From an uncultured Candidatus Binatia bacterium (GTDB lineage Bacteria; Desulfobacterota; Binatia; Bin18), in NCBI GenBank assembly GCA_965214605.1, contig OZ243961.1, positions 3,616,001 to 3,680,000 of the forward strand: a stretch of 64,000 nucleotides of DNA, given 5' to 3'. Positions within the stretch are counted from its first letter, which is position 1. The number at the start of each line of letters is the position of its first letter. Below the pieces are notes generated by a model. The model searched no databases. It was not told the origin of the DNA and saw only the letters and a list, made by a program, of their open reading frames with translations. This document shows, one piece after another, positions 39,868 to 50,253 of the stretch. The translations under genes were made by a program, and so were the position numbers.

Positions 39868-40652
39868 GCCGACCAGCTTTCAGCCTTGAGCGGCTGGGCT
39901 ATACGATCGACCGGACGCCCATCTTGCACGACATTTCGTGTGATATCCCGTCCCGTCGCTGGATCGGCATTTTAGGGCCGAATGGGGCGGGCAAATCAAC
40001 CCTGCTCCGAATTTTGGCCGGTGTCCTCGTCCCCTCAAGTGGGAGGGTGGTTTTAGAAGGACGTGCCCTCGCTGACTGGCCGGTCCTCGAACGTGCCCAG
40101 CGGCTGGCCTTTGTCCCCCAGCACACAGATCTCACCTTTCCGTTTCAGGTCCGCGAGGTGGTGGAAATGGGTCGGACCCCTTATCTGCGCCGCTGGCAGA
40201 CTGTTGGACGACAGGATAAACAGATTGTGAATGCGGTGATGGACCGGACGGAAACGGCGCGGCTGGCCGCCCGCGAGGTGACGAGTCTGTCGGGTGGCGA
40301 GCTCCAGCGCGTTGCCCTGGCCCGGGCGCTGGCCCAACAGCCGGACTTCCTGCTGTTAGACGAACCAACGGCTAATCTTGACCTGCGCCGCCAGTTTGAG
40401 GTGATTGAGATTCTGGAAGAGATGGTGGCCAACGGGGGCACGGTGCTGACCGTCTTGCACGATCTAAATCTGGCCGCTGCGGTGTGTTCGACCCTCATCC
40501 TGCTCCGGGCTGGCCAGGTCTACACCCTGGGCCCGCCGGCCCAGGTGCTGACTGTCGAGACCATCCGTACGGTGTATGAGGTCGATGTGGTCATTCAGCA
40601 CCATACGCCGACAGCTGCACTCCAGATTGTTTCCGTCCGCACACCACGTTGA
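39864..40652 (+). CDS. btuD: cobalamin ABC transporter ATP-binding protein
   Basis: GPNGAGKST, LSGGELQR, LLLDEPT. Confidence 0.88.
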   Translation: MSRPAFSLERLGYTIDRTPILHDISCDIPSRRWIGILGPNGAGKSTLLRILAGVLVPSSGRVVLEGRALADWPVLERAQRLAFVPQHTDLTFPFQVREVVEMGRTPYLRRWQTVGRQDKQIVNAVMDRTETARLAAREVTSLSGGELQRVALARALAQQPDFLLLDEPTANLDLRRQFEVIEILEEMVANGGTVLTVLHDLNLAAAVCSTLILLRAGQVYTLGPPAQVLTVETIRTVYEVDVVIQHHTPTAALQIVSVRTPR

Positions 40653-41144
40653 GGCGGCCAACGCCATCTCTGGCAGTGACAAATCTAGTTTGGACTGGAC
40701 AAGAGTCCGCGGCCGCCTGCCTTTCTGGTCAGACATTTTTACGGACACGGGCGCTACACCGGACGCTCGGGTCGCTTCTGCAGACTCCGGGAAGTGCGTG
40801 GACGTTTCCTGTCACTACGCAGCTGGGTGAATTATCCCTCAGCCGCCGGGCGAACCGATCGCCGCCCGGCGCTGGTGATTCTTGGCCTCGGGCCCCTGCT
40901 AGCCACACGCTTGAGAGGCGGTCCATAGATCGGTTGAATTTGATGGTGAAACCGGCTGTGTCCCCGACCGTCCGTATGGCGCCGACCACGGCCGGGCCCG
41001 CAACGTGGGACTGCCGACGGCTATCGAGGGGCGCCTCGAAGTCAAACAATCGGCTGGGCGGTTTGGGGTGTATGTGATTTTTTGGCTTCGGCAGGTGGCG
41101 AGCGGTGAGACAGAAAACGAAACAGACCGGACAGCCACTCGTTT

Positions 41145-41681
41145 CTATTCCAGATGCGCGCGGACAAAGGCTTGCACGGCGGAAAATTCACCCTCAACCA
41201 CGGCCGGGTTCGGCAGGCCTGCAATGTCGGCGCGCTCATCGAGGTAGGCGACCAGCGGTCGGCCGTAACGGAGGGCTAGGGCGACCTCACTGGCTGTTCC
41301 TGATCCGCCGGGCAGGGCAATCAGCACCTCGGAGCTCAGGATATTGATATGGTTGCGAGACAGAGGCTCGGTCCCGTGTTCGCCACTCAGCGCCAGGTGG
41401 GTATAAATCGGAATCTCAACCCAGGGATTGGGATAGCCCGCTTTTGGACCGGATAGGGGGTCGTCTGCGGCGCTGGGAATAATGCCGATGACCAACCCCT
41501 TGCGTCCGGCGGTCTCGGCAAACGCCTGGCTCACGCTCCGCATCACACCGCCGCCACCGCCGGTCAGCAGGTGGACACCGGTCTGGGCTAGCCAGGAGCC
41601 GACCTGACGGGCCCGGGCGGTGTGACTCTGGGTGCCAGAACCCATAACGCCGACAATTGGTCGGCGGGGAGACACAGACAT
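41145..41681 (-). CDS. SLOG/LOG-superfamily nucleotide-binding protein
   Basis: IVGVMGSG, LLTGGGGGVM, RNHINILSS, LPGGSGTASE. Confidence 0.82.
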   Translation of the reverse strand: MSVSPRRPIVGVMGSGTQSHTARARQVGSWLAQTGVHLLTGGGGGVMRSVSQAFAETAGRKGLVIGIIPSAADDPLSGPKAGYPNPWVEIPIYTHLALSGEHGTEPLSRNHINILSSEVLIALPGGSGTASEVALALRYGRPLVAYLDERADIAGLPNPAVVEGEFSAVQAFVRAHLE

Positions 41682-41685
41682 ACGC

Positions 41686-42315
41686 CTAGCGGGGAGCGTG
41701 TTCCAGCAGCCGTTCACGCACCCGCACGATGCGCTCCGCACCCCAGAACAGTTCCCCATTCACCACATAGCTCGGCACGCCAAACACGCCGCTGCCCTCG
41801 GCTTCGTCCACAATCCGGTCGTGCTCTTGGCGTCCCTCGCCGCCCAGGTAGTCGAGAAATCCTGAGGCGTCGACGCCGACCTCGGTCAAGATGCGACTGA
41901 TGAGGTCCGGGTTCTCAATATCGAGTTCACGCCGCCAGAAGCGTTCATAGACCGTGTCATGATAGGCTCGGAAATCAGCCCGGTGTTTGGCGTACAGCAT
42001 ACCGATGTGGGCGACCGAGCTATCAAAGATTTTCCGCGGACCGCGGATCACCAAACCCCGCCGGTTGGCCTCGCGCCGACAGTCCATATAGCTGTACTTT
42101 ACCCGTCGCCACTGGTGGGCGTTACGGCTTTCGCTCAGAACCTTCCCCCCGGGGTCAACTTCGGCCGATCCCAGAAAACTCGGGATGTTCAGAGTGAGCG
42201 GCAGCCAGTCGATCTCAATGTCAAAATCCCGGGCCAACTGATAGGTTGCCTCTTGGGCCAAATAGGCGTAGGGGCTTTTGTAATCAAAATAATGGGTGAT
42301 CTTCTCTAGGGCCAC
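41686..42315 (-). CDS. DsbA-family / 2-hydroxychromene-2-carboxylate isomerase-like protein
   Basis: YFDYKSPYAYL, GVFGVPSYVVNGELFWG. Confidence 0.85.
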   Translation of the reverse strand: MALEKITHYFDYKSPYAYLAQEATYQLARDFDIEIDWLPLTLNIPSFLGSAEVDPGGKVLSESRNAHQWRRVKYSYMDCRREANRRGLVIRGPRKIFDSSVAHIGMLYAKHRADFRAYHDTVYERFWRRELDIENPDLISRILTEVGVDASGFLDYLGGEGRQEHDRIVDEAEGSGVFGVPSYVVNGELFWGAERIVRVRERLLEHAPR

Positions 42316-42319
42316 AAGC

Positions 42320-42823
42320 CTACCTCCGTCCCGTGCTTACCCGGCAAACAGGATATCTCTTCCGCTGGCAAAATGGGTCAAGCTCCTGCGGCAACAACAG
42401 ACGCCGGTCAGGGGCGAACACTCGTCGAGCAATCTCCAGATTGATGGATGGAATTTGGTCCAAAGCCTCGATTTCCTCAAGCGTCAGGTAGGCCGCTCGA
42501 TCGACCTCGTCATTGTCTGGCCGCGGCCTGCCTCTCACCGGATGCAGCAGCAGCACGATGTAGATACTGTTGCCAATCTCCAGATCGTAGCGGTTGCGTA
42601 GACCTAACACGCCGTCGACCGCGGCCAGCACTCCGGCTTCTTCTCTGACCTCTCGAATCATCGCCTGTTCTACGGTTTCGTCGGGCTCGACAAAGCCGCC
42701 GGGTACCTGCCAGTTGCCGCGCCCCCGGCGTGAGGCTCGACGGACGAGCAGCAGACGGTTGTCACACGCCACCGCGCCGCCGCCGAGATTATAGCCGGTG
42801 TGATATCGCTCGGGGAGTACCAT
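42320..42823 (-). CDS. NUDIX hydrolase
   Basis: PGGFVEPDETVEQAMIREVREEAG Nudix box. Confidence 0.9.
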   Translation of the reverse strand: MVLPERYHTGYNLGGGAVACDNRLLLVRRASRRGRGNWQVPGGFVEPDETVEQAMIREVREEAGVLAAVDGVLGLRNRYDLEIGNSIYIVLLLHPVRGRPRPDNDEVDRAAYLTLEEIEALDQIPSINLEIARRVFAPDRRLLLPQELDPFCQRKRYPVCRVSTGRR

Positions 42824-42939
42824 GCGGGTAAGATGCTAGCTTGTCACTTCTGTGGTGGCTTTGCAAGCTGTCTGTAGGATTGACAGCGGTGCTCATCTCA
42901 GACCATACAGGAGTGAACACAGTGAACGGGAGAACAGGC

Positions 42940-43725
42940 ATGCAGGACAACGCAGTGTATCTGAAAACCCAGGGTGAAATTGCCACGCTAGTGCTGAACC
43001 GTCCGGATAAGCTGAACGCGCTCAACACCGAGGTCTTAGAGCGCATTAAAGCCGCTACGGCCGAGGTGGCTGACAATCCCGAGATCAAGGTCATGATTTT
43101 ACGCGGAGCGACGGCCAAGGTGTTTTCGTCCGGGGCGGATATCAGCGAGTTCCCCAAGGTCCATGCCACCCCGCACTCACGTGAGCAGTTTAACGACCTG
43201 TTTCGCTCCACCCTCGACGGCCTCACCTCGCTCGATAAACCGGTTATTGCCATGATCGCCGGCTATTGCTTTGGTGGGGGCTGTGCCCTAGCCTTGGCCT
43301 GTGATCTGCGCTACGCTGACCACACCGCCCGCTTCTGCATCCCGCCGGCCAAACTCGGTGTGGTCTACACCCTGCACGAAACAAAGCGTTTGGTGGATCT
43401 AGTTGGACCGTCAAAAGCCAAGGAAATGCTGATGGGGGCCAAGGTGCTGAACGCTGAAGAGGCGTTGACCTGGGGTCTGGCCACCCAGCTGTTTGATCCT
43501 GAAGATTTGGCTCGCGAGACCTGGGCCTTTGCCCAAGAGCTGTGTCGTCTGTCACAGTTCACGATTCGGGCGGTCAAAACGACTGTCGGTGAAATCCTTG
43601 CTGGGGCGCAGGACGACACGGTCGCAAGCCGTGAGCTGCGCGCCCGGACGTTTGAGAACCCAGACTATTTTGAGGGCCGAGACGCTTTTCTGCAGAAACG
43701 CAAACCCCAGTTCCGGTACCGCTAG
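42940..43725 (+). CDS. enoyl-CoA hydratase/isomerase family protein
   Basis: LNRPDKLNAL, FSSGADISEF, KPVIAMIAGYCFGGG, PPAKLG, EGRDAFLQKRKP. Confidence 0.92.
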   Translation: MQDNAVYLKTQGEIATLVLNRPDKLNALNTEVLERIKAATAEVADNPEIKVMILRGATAKVFSSGADISEFPKVHATPHSREQFNDLFRSTLDGLTSLDKPVIAMIAGYCFGGGCALALACDLRYADHTARFCIPPAKLGVVYTLHETKRLVDLVGPSKAKEMLMGAKVLNAEEALTWGLATQLFDPEDLARETWAFAQELCRLSQFTIRAVKTTVGEILAGAQDDTVASRELRARTFENPDYFEGRDAFLQKRKPQFRYR

Positions 43726-44692
43726 ACCAGGGAGCGGCCCTAGGATGGAATGCCGCTGCGGAAGGGCGTGACTCTTGGCGTACGCGATGTGATACAGGGC
43801 CATCACGCTCGACTGCGATGCTCATTGACGCTCCATTGGCCTTGGAGTCGCGCCCGTCACGACGCGGCTTTTCGACTGTCGACCCGAGTTCATTGACCCC
43901 GTGTTGAATGCGGGAGATAGCTGGTTTCGCCGCGGCCTTCGAGCTGGGCGAACGCCCGTGCCACGATCCGAGAGAGCGACGACCACGAGAGAAACAGCTA
44001 GATTCTCTTTCTGCTTGTCCATGACCATTGAGGAAGCCTTTGTTTGTCGAGTAATGATCACGAGGAGAAATGCCCTCCAAGTCGTCACGCTGGAATGCTG
44101 GCTGAAGAATATCAAGACTGTCATAGGTAGTTGTGACTCTGTGTTCCGTAAGGAAGAGGGCGATTGGGGCGCGATGCGCCTTCCGCCCGGTCCTCTCCAC
44201 AGGGGGCGGAACGCTTTGCGAATCCAGCGAGGATGACACTTTGTCTTCTGGTTAAAGTTCGACTGACAACTCTTGAGATCTGCGTTTTCCTCCACTGCGT
44301 GGCCTCGGGGCTCATCCCTTGACTCCCTGTCTTGGGAGAGCGGCTAGAGATGCTCCTCCGCCGTTGAACTGCGTGCCGTCCCCCCCCTTCACTACGTCGG
44401 CGCGTAGTGCCTCTACGGTGGTGCGCCACTAGTGTCTTGGCTCAGAAACACCTGGCCGCTATGACTTCATGCGTCGATCCTTCGGTTGTTGACCTGTTTT
44501 TATTGGAGGATTGCGACTGATGCGATTTCTCCGTCCAGGGGGCGGCGTGCTTTTCCATCGCATGCAACATGGTTGCTTTTCCTCCTCCGCAGCAGCGTCA
44601 CGAGGGTAGCACCCTGGCCGAATGTCCCAGGATAGTCTTTAGCACAGCCGGCGGCAGGGGGACGAGAAAGGCGCACCTCACAGCAGTCAATT

Positions 44693-45610
44693 TCATAACG
44701 CCTTGACCTGGGCATACTCCCCCACCGGGATGCCGAACGCCTCGGCCTGGTGGAGCAAATCGAGCGCGTTTCTGACGTGGGCGTAGTCGATCATCATCCC
44801 GTCATAGGTCACAGCCGCACGGCCGGCCTGTTCGGCCTCGGCCATGGCCTGCAAAATGCCCTTGTTCCACTCGATCTCTTGGCTGGATGGGGCAAAGACC
44901 TCGTTGGCAAGGGGGACGGCAGACGGATGGATCAGCAAGGCGCCGCGGAAGCCGATCTCTCGGGCGCGCTTGAGCTGGGCCTTGACCAGCTCGGTATCAC
45001 CAACCTCCAGTGAGCCAACCCCCAGCGGGTACTCAAAGCCGGCCGCCCGACAGGCAAGCAGGACGTGAGAGCCCATGTATAAGCTCTCCAGCCCCTCTCG
45101 GGTCCACTGAAAACCGACCGCTTTTGTGACATCGCCCGAACGCTGGCCAACACCCCCGATGACGGCCCCAACGCGGGGACAGGCCGAGGCCAGCTCATAG
45201 GCGTTCATAATACCCTTAGCCGTCTCTGGAATAGCCATAATTTCAACCGTGCCAAGGTCTAAGCCGGCCTTGCGTTCAAAGAGCTCGATCCAGGCGTCGA
45301 TTTTACGGATCTCGGCCGCGTTTTCGAGTTTTGGAATAGCAATGCCATCGAGACCGGCGGTGACAACGGCTTCCACGTCCTCGCCGGTCAGTCCGGTATC
45401 AAGCCCGTTGACGCGAACGAAGACCCCGACGTTTTTGTCTCGCAGCCGCTCAATGCCGGCTCGCACAATTGAGCGGGCCTCGACCTTTTCGGCGATCGGT
45501 ACGGCATCTTCAAGATCAATGATCAGCGCATCAGGGCCGTATTTGGGAGCCTTGTCAATCCAGTCCGGGCGGTTGCCAGGGACAAACAGGACCGAGCGGT
45601 ACAGTTTCAT
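44693..45610 (-). CDS. CitE-like CoA-ester lyase (HpcH/HpaI aldolase/citrate lyase family)
   Basis: RSVLFVPGNR, DLEDAV, FVRVN, IPK, ET, IHP, GMMID. Confidence 0.9.
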   Translation of the reverse strand: MKLYRSVLFVPGNRPDWIDKAPKYGPDALIIDLEDAVPIAEKVEARSIVRAGIERLRDKNVGVFVRVNGLDTGLTGEDVEAVVTAGLDGIAIPKLENAAEIRKIDAWIELFERKAGLDLGTVEIMAIPETAKGIMNAYELASACPRVGAVIGGVGQRSGDVTKAVGFQWTREGLESLYMGSHVLLACRAAGFEYPLGVGSLEVGDTELVKAQLKRAREIGFRGALLIHPSAVPLANEVFAPSSQEIEWNKGILQAMAEAEQAGRAAVTYDGMMIDYAHVRNALDLLHQAEAFGIPVGEYAQVKAL

Positions 45611-45683
45611 GGAGTCTCTCCTCCCTAGGTGTGATGAGTGCCAGCATTGGCCGATTTTTCGCCTCGGTCAAGAATCTAAGCCT

Positions 45684-47222
45684 TCACGAAACACGGTCGG
45701 ATTTCGGCCCAGTCTGAAAATAGTCCACAATCGCCCGGCTGAAGGCCGCAATCGTATACTGCTGGGGCTGGACGCTGACGGATAACCCATATTCGCGGGC
45801 CGTATGCGCTGTAATCGGCCCGATGCAGCCCAACGCCGTGCTGCCGAGTAGGGCTGGAACATCCTGGTCGGCAAACGCGGCCATAAAATTGCGGACCGTG
45901 CTTGAGCTGGTAAAGGTGATGAGATCAATCTGATGGGTCTGCAGCAGTTGGCGCAACTCCTCGGTCTGGGCGAGGGGACGAACCGTCTTGTAGACCGCGA
46001 TTTCATCGACCTGAGCGCCCGCGGCGCGCAGGTCCTTGGGCAGGACCTCCCGCGCTTCAGCTGCCCGCGGCAGGAGAATCCGTTGACCGGCGACATCGCC
46101 GAGCACGGGCAGGAGGGCTTCGGCGCGGTACTCGGTCGGTATCGCCTCAACCTGGAGATGCCGGGCTTCCAGGGCGCGGGCGGTCTCCGGACCGATCGCT
46201 GCCAGGCGCACTCCGGCCAGTCTCCGAATATCGTGTCGGCGTTGGGCCAAGCGCTCGAAGACATAGCGTACGCCGTTGACGCTGGTAAAAATTGCCCAGT
46301 CATAGCTCGGCAGCACCTCTAGGGCGGCGTCTAGCCCGTGGGAGGATTCAACCGGCACGGTTTCAATAGTCGGAAACTGAACCACGGCCGCACCGTGCTG
46401 TTCGAGCTGTTCAACAAAGCCGCTGGCCTGAAGACGGGGCCGGGTGACCACGATACGCCGACCGAATAAGGGCTTGGTCTCAAACCAGCGGAGCTGCTGG
46501 CGCAGCTCGACCACCTGGCCGACAACCGCCACGGCTGGTGGCTCAAATCCACGTTGCTCAACCAGATCGGCAATCGTCTCGACCGTGCCGATCAACACGT
46601 CTTGATCGGGCCGCGTGCCCCACCGAATCAGGGCAACCGGCGTGTGGCCAGACAGCTGGTAACGCATCAAACGCCGCATATTATTGCGCAGCTGTCGGGT
46701 GCCCATGAGGAAAACCAGCGTACCGCCGACCCCAGCCAACGTGGCCCAGTTGAGATGTGGAGCAGTGTCCCAGACTTCTTTGTGACCGCTTACAATCGCC
46801 ACCGCAGACGCGTGCTCACGATGGGTGAGTGGAATCCCGGCGTAGGCGGGGACCGCTAGCGCCGAGGTGACACCCGGAACAATCTCAAAGGGAAGAGCCG
46901 CCTTGGCCAGCTCCTGGGCCTCTTCACCGCCTCGACCAAACAGAAACGGGTCACCGCCCTTGAGCCGGACAACAGTCTGTCCCTGGCGAGCCCGGTCCAC
47001 AATCAGTCGATTGATGTCGGTCTGACTCATGACCGCGCGGCCGCTGCGTTTGCCGGCGTAGATCAGATCGGCCTGGGGGGGGGCGTAAGCCAGAATACGG
47101 TGGTCGACCAGATAGTCATAGATCACGACATCGGCCTGTTCGAGGCAGCGTTTGCCCTTGAGGGTCAACAGACCCGGGTCGCCGGGACCCGCGCCAATGA
47201 GATAAACGGACATAGGGCTCAC
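45684..47222 (-). CDS. cobA-hemD: uroporphyrinogen-III C-methyltransferase / uroporphyrinogen-III synthase fusion
   Basis: GAGPGDPGLLT, RLKGGDPFLFGRGGEE, then VVTRP..FTSVNGV..FTSSSTV..IGPIT. Confidence 0.95.
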   Translation of the reverse strand: MSPMSVYLIGAGPGDPGLLTLKGKRCLEQADVVIYDYLVDHRILAYAPPQADLIYAGKRSGRAVMSQTDINRLIVDRARQGQTVVRLKGGDPFLFGRGGEEAQELAKAALPFEIVPGVTSALAVPAYAGIPLTHREHASAVAIVSGHKEVWDTAPHLNWATLAGVGGTLVFLMGTRQLRNNMRRLMRYQLSGHTPVALIRWGTRPDQDVLIGTVETIADLVEQRGFEPPAVAVVGQVVELRQQLRWFETKPLFGRRIVVTRPRLQASGFVEQLEQHGAAVVQFPTIETVPVESSHGLDAALEVLPSYDWAIFTSVNGVRYVFERLAQRRHDIRRLAGVRLAAIGPETARALEARHLQVEAIPTEYRAEALLPVLGDVAGQRILLPRAAEAREVLPKDLRAAGAQVDEIAVYKTVRPLAQTEELRQLLQTHQIDLITFTSSSTVRNFMAAFADQDVPALLGSTALGCIGPITAHTAREYGLSVSVQPQQYTIAAFSRAIVDYFQTGPKSDRVS

Positions 47223-48139
47223 ACCTCCAGGGTTGCCAGTATTTCCCGTCCACCCCGAGCGAGCAGGGATTCCGCGACCGCGGCCCCGATCTGTCCGGCT
47301 GTCTCGACCGGACCGCTCTGCTCGTGACGCAGCAGGCGTTTGCCATCCGGGCTGGCCACCAGAGCGGTCAGCCGGAGGCTACCGTTGGTGACTGTCCCTT
47401 TGGCGGCCAGGGGTGTTCGACAGCTCCCGCCCATGCCTTTGAGAAAGGCGCGCTCGGCCTCAATCGCGTGTGCTGTTTCAGTGTGGTGCAAGGGATCGAG
47501 CAGGGCACCGACCCTGTCTCCGGCTCGGATTTCAATCCCCAGCGCGCCTTGGCCGATCGCGGGCAAAAATTCCTCGTCGTCGAGCGGATAGCCGTTTTTG
47601 AGCCTGAGACTCAGCCGTTTGAGTCCGGCAGCGGCTAAAATAGTGGCGTCTACCCGGCCTTCTAGTTGACGGCGCAGGCGGGTTTCCACATTGCCCCGCA
47701 GGACTTCGATCTGTAGGCCGGGACGCAGGTGGAGAAGCAGGGCTTGGCGGCGCAGGCTGCTCGTGCCGACACGAGTGCCATCCGGCAGCTCTGCCAGTGA
47801 TGAACCGTTGGGCGAGATAAGCACGTCGTGGGAGTCTTCCCGTTTAGGAATGGCGTGCAGGTGAAGTCCGGGGGGGAGCTCGGCCGGCAGGTCTTTGACC
47901 GAGTGGACGGCCAGATCAACTTCTTCGGCCAGCAGGGCCTGTTCGATTTCTTTGACAAAGAGACCCTTGCCGCCAATCCGGGACAGTGAGAGGTGCTGGA
48001 TTTTATCTCCCGAGGTGGTGATCGGCACGAGTTCAACCCGGAGATCCGGCCAGTGCGCTTCGAGTTGCTGCTTGACCCAGCCGGCTTGCCACACGGCCAG
48101 GGTGCTGCCACGGGTGCCGATACGAACGGTGGAGGGCAT
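47219..48139 (-). CDS. hemC: hydroxymethylbilane synthase
   Basis: IGTRGSTLA, GGKGLFVKE, VHSVKD, GTSSLRR, RGNVETR, GGSCRTP. Confidence 0.97.
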   Translation of the reverse strand: MPSTVRIGTRGSTLAVWQAGWVKQQLEAHWPDLRVELVPITTSGDKIQHLSLSRIGGKGLFVKEIEQALLAEEVDLAVHSVKDLPAELPPGLHLHAIPKREDSHDVLISPNGSSLAELPDGTRVGTSSLRRQALLLHLRPGLQIEVLRGNVETRLRRQLEGRVDATILAAAGLKRLSLRLKNGYPLDDEEFLPAIGQGALGIEIRAGDRVGALLDPLHHTETAHAIEAERAFLKGMGGSCRTPLAAKGTVTNGSLRLTALVASPDGKRLLRHEQSGPVETAGQIGAAVAESLLARGGREILATLEV

Positions 48140-48143
48140 GTTT

Positions 48144-49454
48144 TTAGTCTTCCGCGTCATCAAGCCCGAACATCTGTCGTACCGCGGTCACACTTGTTGC
48201 GCCTTCCTCGGCATCCCCATTCCGGCTGCGGGTTTTCAGATATCCAATCGGTGGATGCAATAGTTTATTCATGAGCGACAAACTCAGTCCCTCGATCGCG
48301 CGGCGCGTTTCAGGCGGGCAGTCTTTGAGCCCGGCCAAGGCTTTTTCAACTTCACGCTTACGCATCGCCTCGGCTTTGTGACGCAAGGCAACAATGATCG
48401 GACTGATGTCTCGACTTGAATACCACTGCCAGAAGGCTTCAACCTCTTCGTGTACAATGGCCTCGGCTTTGAGCGCCTCGAACTCACGCTCGCCCCTATG
48501 GTCGGTTACAATCTGTTCTAAGTCGTCAATATCGTACAGAAACACATTCTCAAGATTGTTGAGGCGCGGGTCAAAATTGCGCGGGACGCCAAGATCAATC
48601 AAAAACATAGGCCGTCGTTTGCGCTCGTGCAAAGCCTCTAGGACAAGGTCTGAGGTCAGGTGATAGGTGCTGCCCCCGGCCGAACCAATCACTACGTCGG
48701 CCAAATGCAGCTGCTTGGGAAATTGTTCGAACGGCACGACTGTTCCGGCACAGGTACTGGCTAGCTCGACCGCCCGCTGGAAGGTTCGGTTGGTGATGAG
48801 AATTGTTCCAATGGCGTTGTCCCGGAGATGGCGGATGGTCTGTTGGCTCATCTCTCCCACGCCAATGACCATTGCGGTTTTGTCGTTGAGGTGATCAAAA
48901 ATCCGACATGCCAGCTCAACCGCAACCGAGCTGACTGAGACGGATTTGACCGCAATGCCGGTTTCACTGCGAACGCGCTTAGCGACCGAAAACGTTTTGT
49001 GAAACCACCGGTGGAGAACCGCGCCGAGCGTGCCAAGCGAAGCTGAGGCGGTATAGGCGTCTTTGATCTGGCCCAGAATCTGGGGTTCGCCCACGACTAG
49101 GGAATCAAGACTGGAGGCGACCCGGAACACATGTCTGACGGCCTCTCTATCGGTATGGGTGTACAGATGGGCTTCAAACAGCTGGAGTGGCAGACCCTGC
49201 TCTTGGGCCAAAAAGGTTTTGATGTGCTGGCTGGCCTCTTGTGGATTGTGGGTCCAAGTCACGACTTCGACCCGGTTGCAGGTCGAGACAATCGCGCCTT
49301 CCTGAATGCTGGGGGCGTTGACTAGGCGGGGCAGGGCGTGGAGCAACATCCCCTCGCTGAAGGCCAACTTCTCGCGCACCTCAACCGGAGTCGTATGATG
49401 GTTAAGGCCAACGACCATCAGGCTGGGGGCTGACTTAGCCAAATTCGCCTCCAT
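48144..49454 (-). CDS. hemA: glutamyl-tRNA reductase
   Basis: GLNHHTTPVEVRE, STCNRVE, SLDSLVVGEPQILGQ, DLGVPRN. Confidence 0.97.
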   Translation of the reverse strand: MEANLAKSAPSLMVVGLNHHTTPVEVREKLAFSEGMLLHALPRLVNAPSIQEGAIVSTCNRVEVVTWTHNPQEASQHIKTFLAQEQGLPLQLFEAHLYTHTDREAVRHVFRVASSLDSLVVGEPQILGQIKDAYTASASLGTLGAVLHRWFHKTFSVAKRVRSETGIAVKSVSVSSVAVELACRIFDHLNDKTAMVIGVGEMSQQTIRHLRDNAIGTILITNRTFQRAVELASTCAGTVVPFEQFPKQLHLADVVIGSAGGSTYHLTSDLVLEALHERKRRPMFLIDLGVPRNFDPRLNNLENVFLYDIDDLEQIVTDHRGEREFEALKAEAIVHEEVEAFWQWYSSRDISPIIVALRHKAEAMRKREVEKALAGLKDCPPETRRAIEGLSLSLMNKLLHPPIGYLKTRSRNGDAEEGATSVTAVRQMFGLDDAED

Positions 49455-50250
49455 GACGCCCCGGCAAGAGACGAACTCCCAAGAACGAGATCAGGAGCAC
49501 GGTAAAGCAGACAATGGTTAAGGTCGCGGCGCGTCGTCCACGCCAGCCAACGCTGCGATAGTGGAGCAGGCAGGCGTACAAGACCCAGCTCACCAGCGAT
49601 AACACCAGCCGCGGCTCCCAAATCCAGAAATGGCCCCAGGCGTGCTGGGCCCACACCGCGCCGCTGACAATCCCCAGGGTTAATAGCGGAAAGCCCCACG
49701 ACAGGGAGCGATAGTTCAGCTTGTCGAGGGTCTCTAGGGCGGGCAGGTGGCGGAAAACCCCGCCAATTTTTTTACCCTTGAGCCGTTTTTCTTGAAAGAC
49801 ATAGATCAGGCTGGCAAAAAAGGCGACGCAGAAAACAGCGTTGCCTAAAAAGGCAAGCGTCACGTGCACCGGCAGCCAGCTGCTCTGCAGGGCCGGCGGC
49901 AGCGCCCGAGCCTGGGTATAAAAGATAAACACTCCCAGAGTCAGAATAAAGCTAATCGGGCTGACCACCGCTCCTAGCACGGTCAGGGACGAGCGCCACT
50001 GAACCAACAGAAACAGGCCACTCGTCAGCCAGATGAAAAAGGAGACTGCCTCATACGGATTGGTGACCGCAATATAGCCGACTGACAGGGAGCGAGTTGC
50101 AATCGCTCCGGCATGGGCGGTGCAGGCGACTAGTAGCAGACCGGGCGCAACGTGCCGAAGGGTTTGCTGGGGCGACAGCAGAGCGAGCAGAAACCCCGCC
50201 GTGCTCAGCAGATAGAAGACAAGGGCCGATGTGAGTAGGACAATTTCCAC
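49435..50250 (-). CDS. ccsA: cytochrome c assembly protein (CcsA/HemX family)
   Basis: WLPVHV, GFPLLTLGIVSGAVWA..WGHFWIWEPR, GWRGRRAA. Confidence 0.88.
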   Translation of the reverse strand: MEIVLLTSALVFYLLSTAGFLLALLSPQQTLRHVAPGLLLVACTAHAGAIATRSLSVGYIAVTNPYEAVSFFIWLTSGLFLLVQWRSSLTVLGAVVSPISFILTLGVFIFYTQARALPPALQSSWLPVHVTLAFLGNAVFCVAFFASLIYVFQEKRLKGKKIGGVFRHLPALETLDKLNYRSLSWGFPLLTLGIVSGAVWAQHAWGHFWIWEPRLVLSLVSWVLYACLLHYRSVGWRGRRAATLTIVCFTVLLISFLGVRLLPGRHGGEFG

Positions 50251-50253
50251 CGG

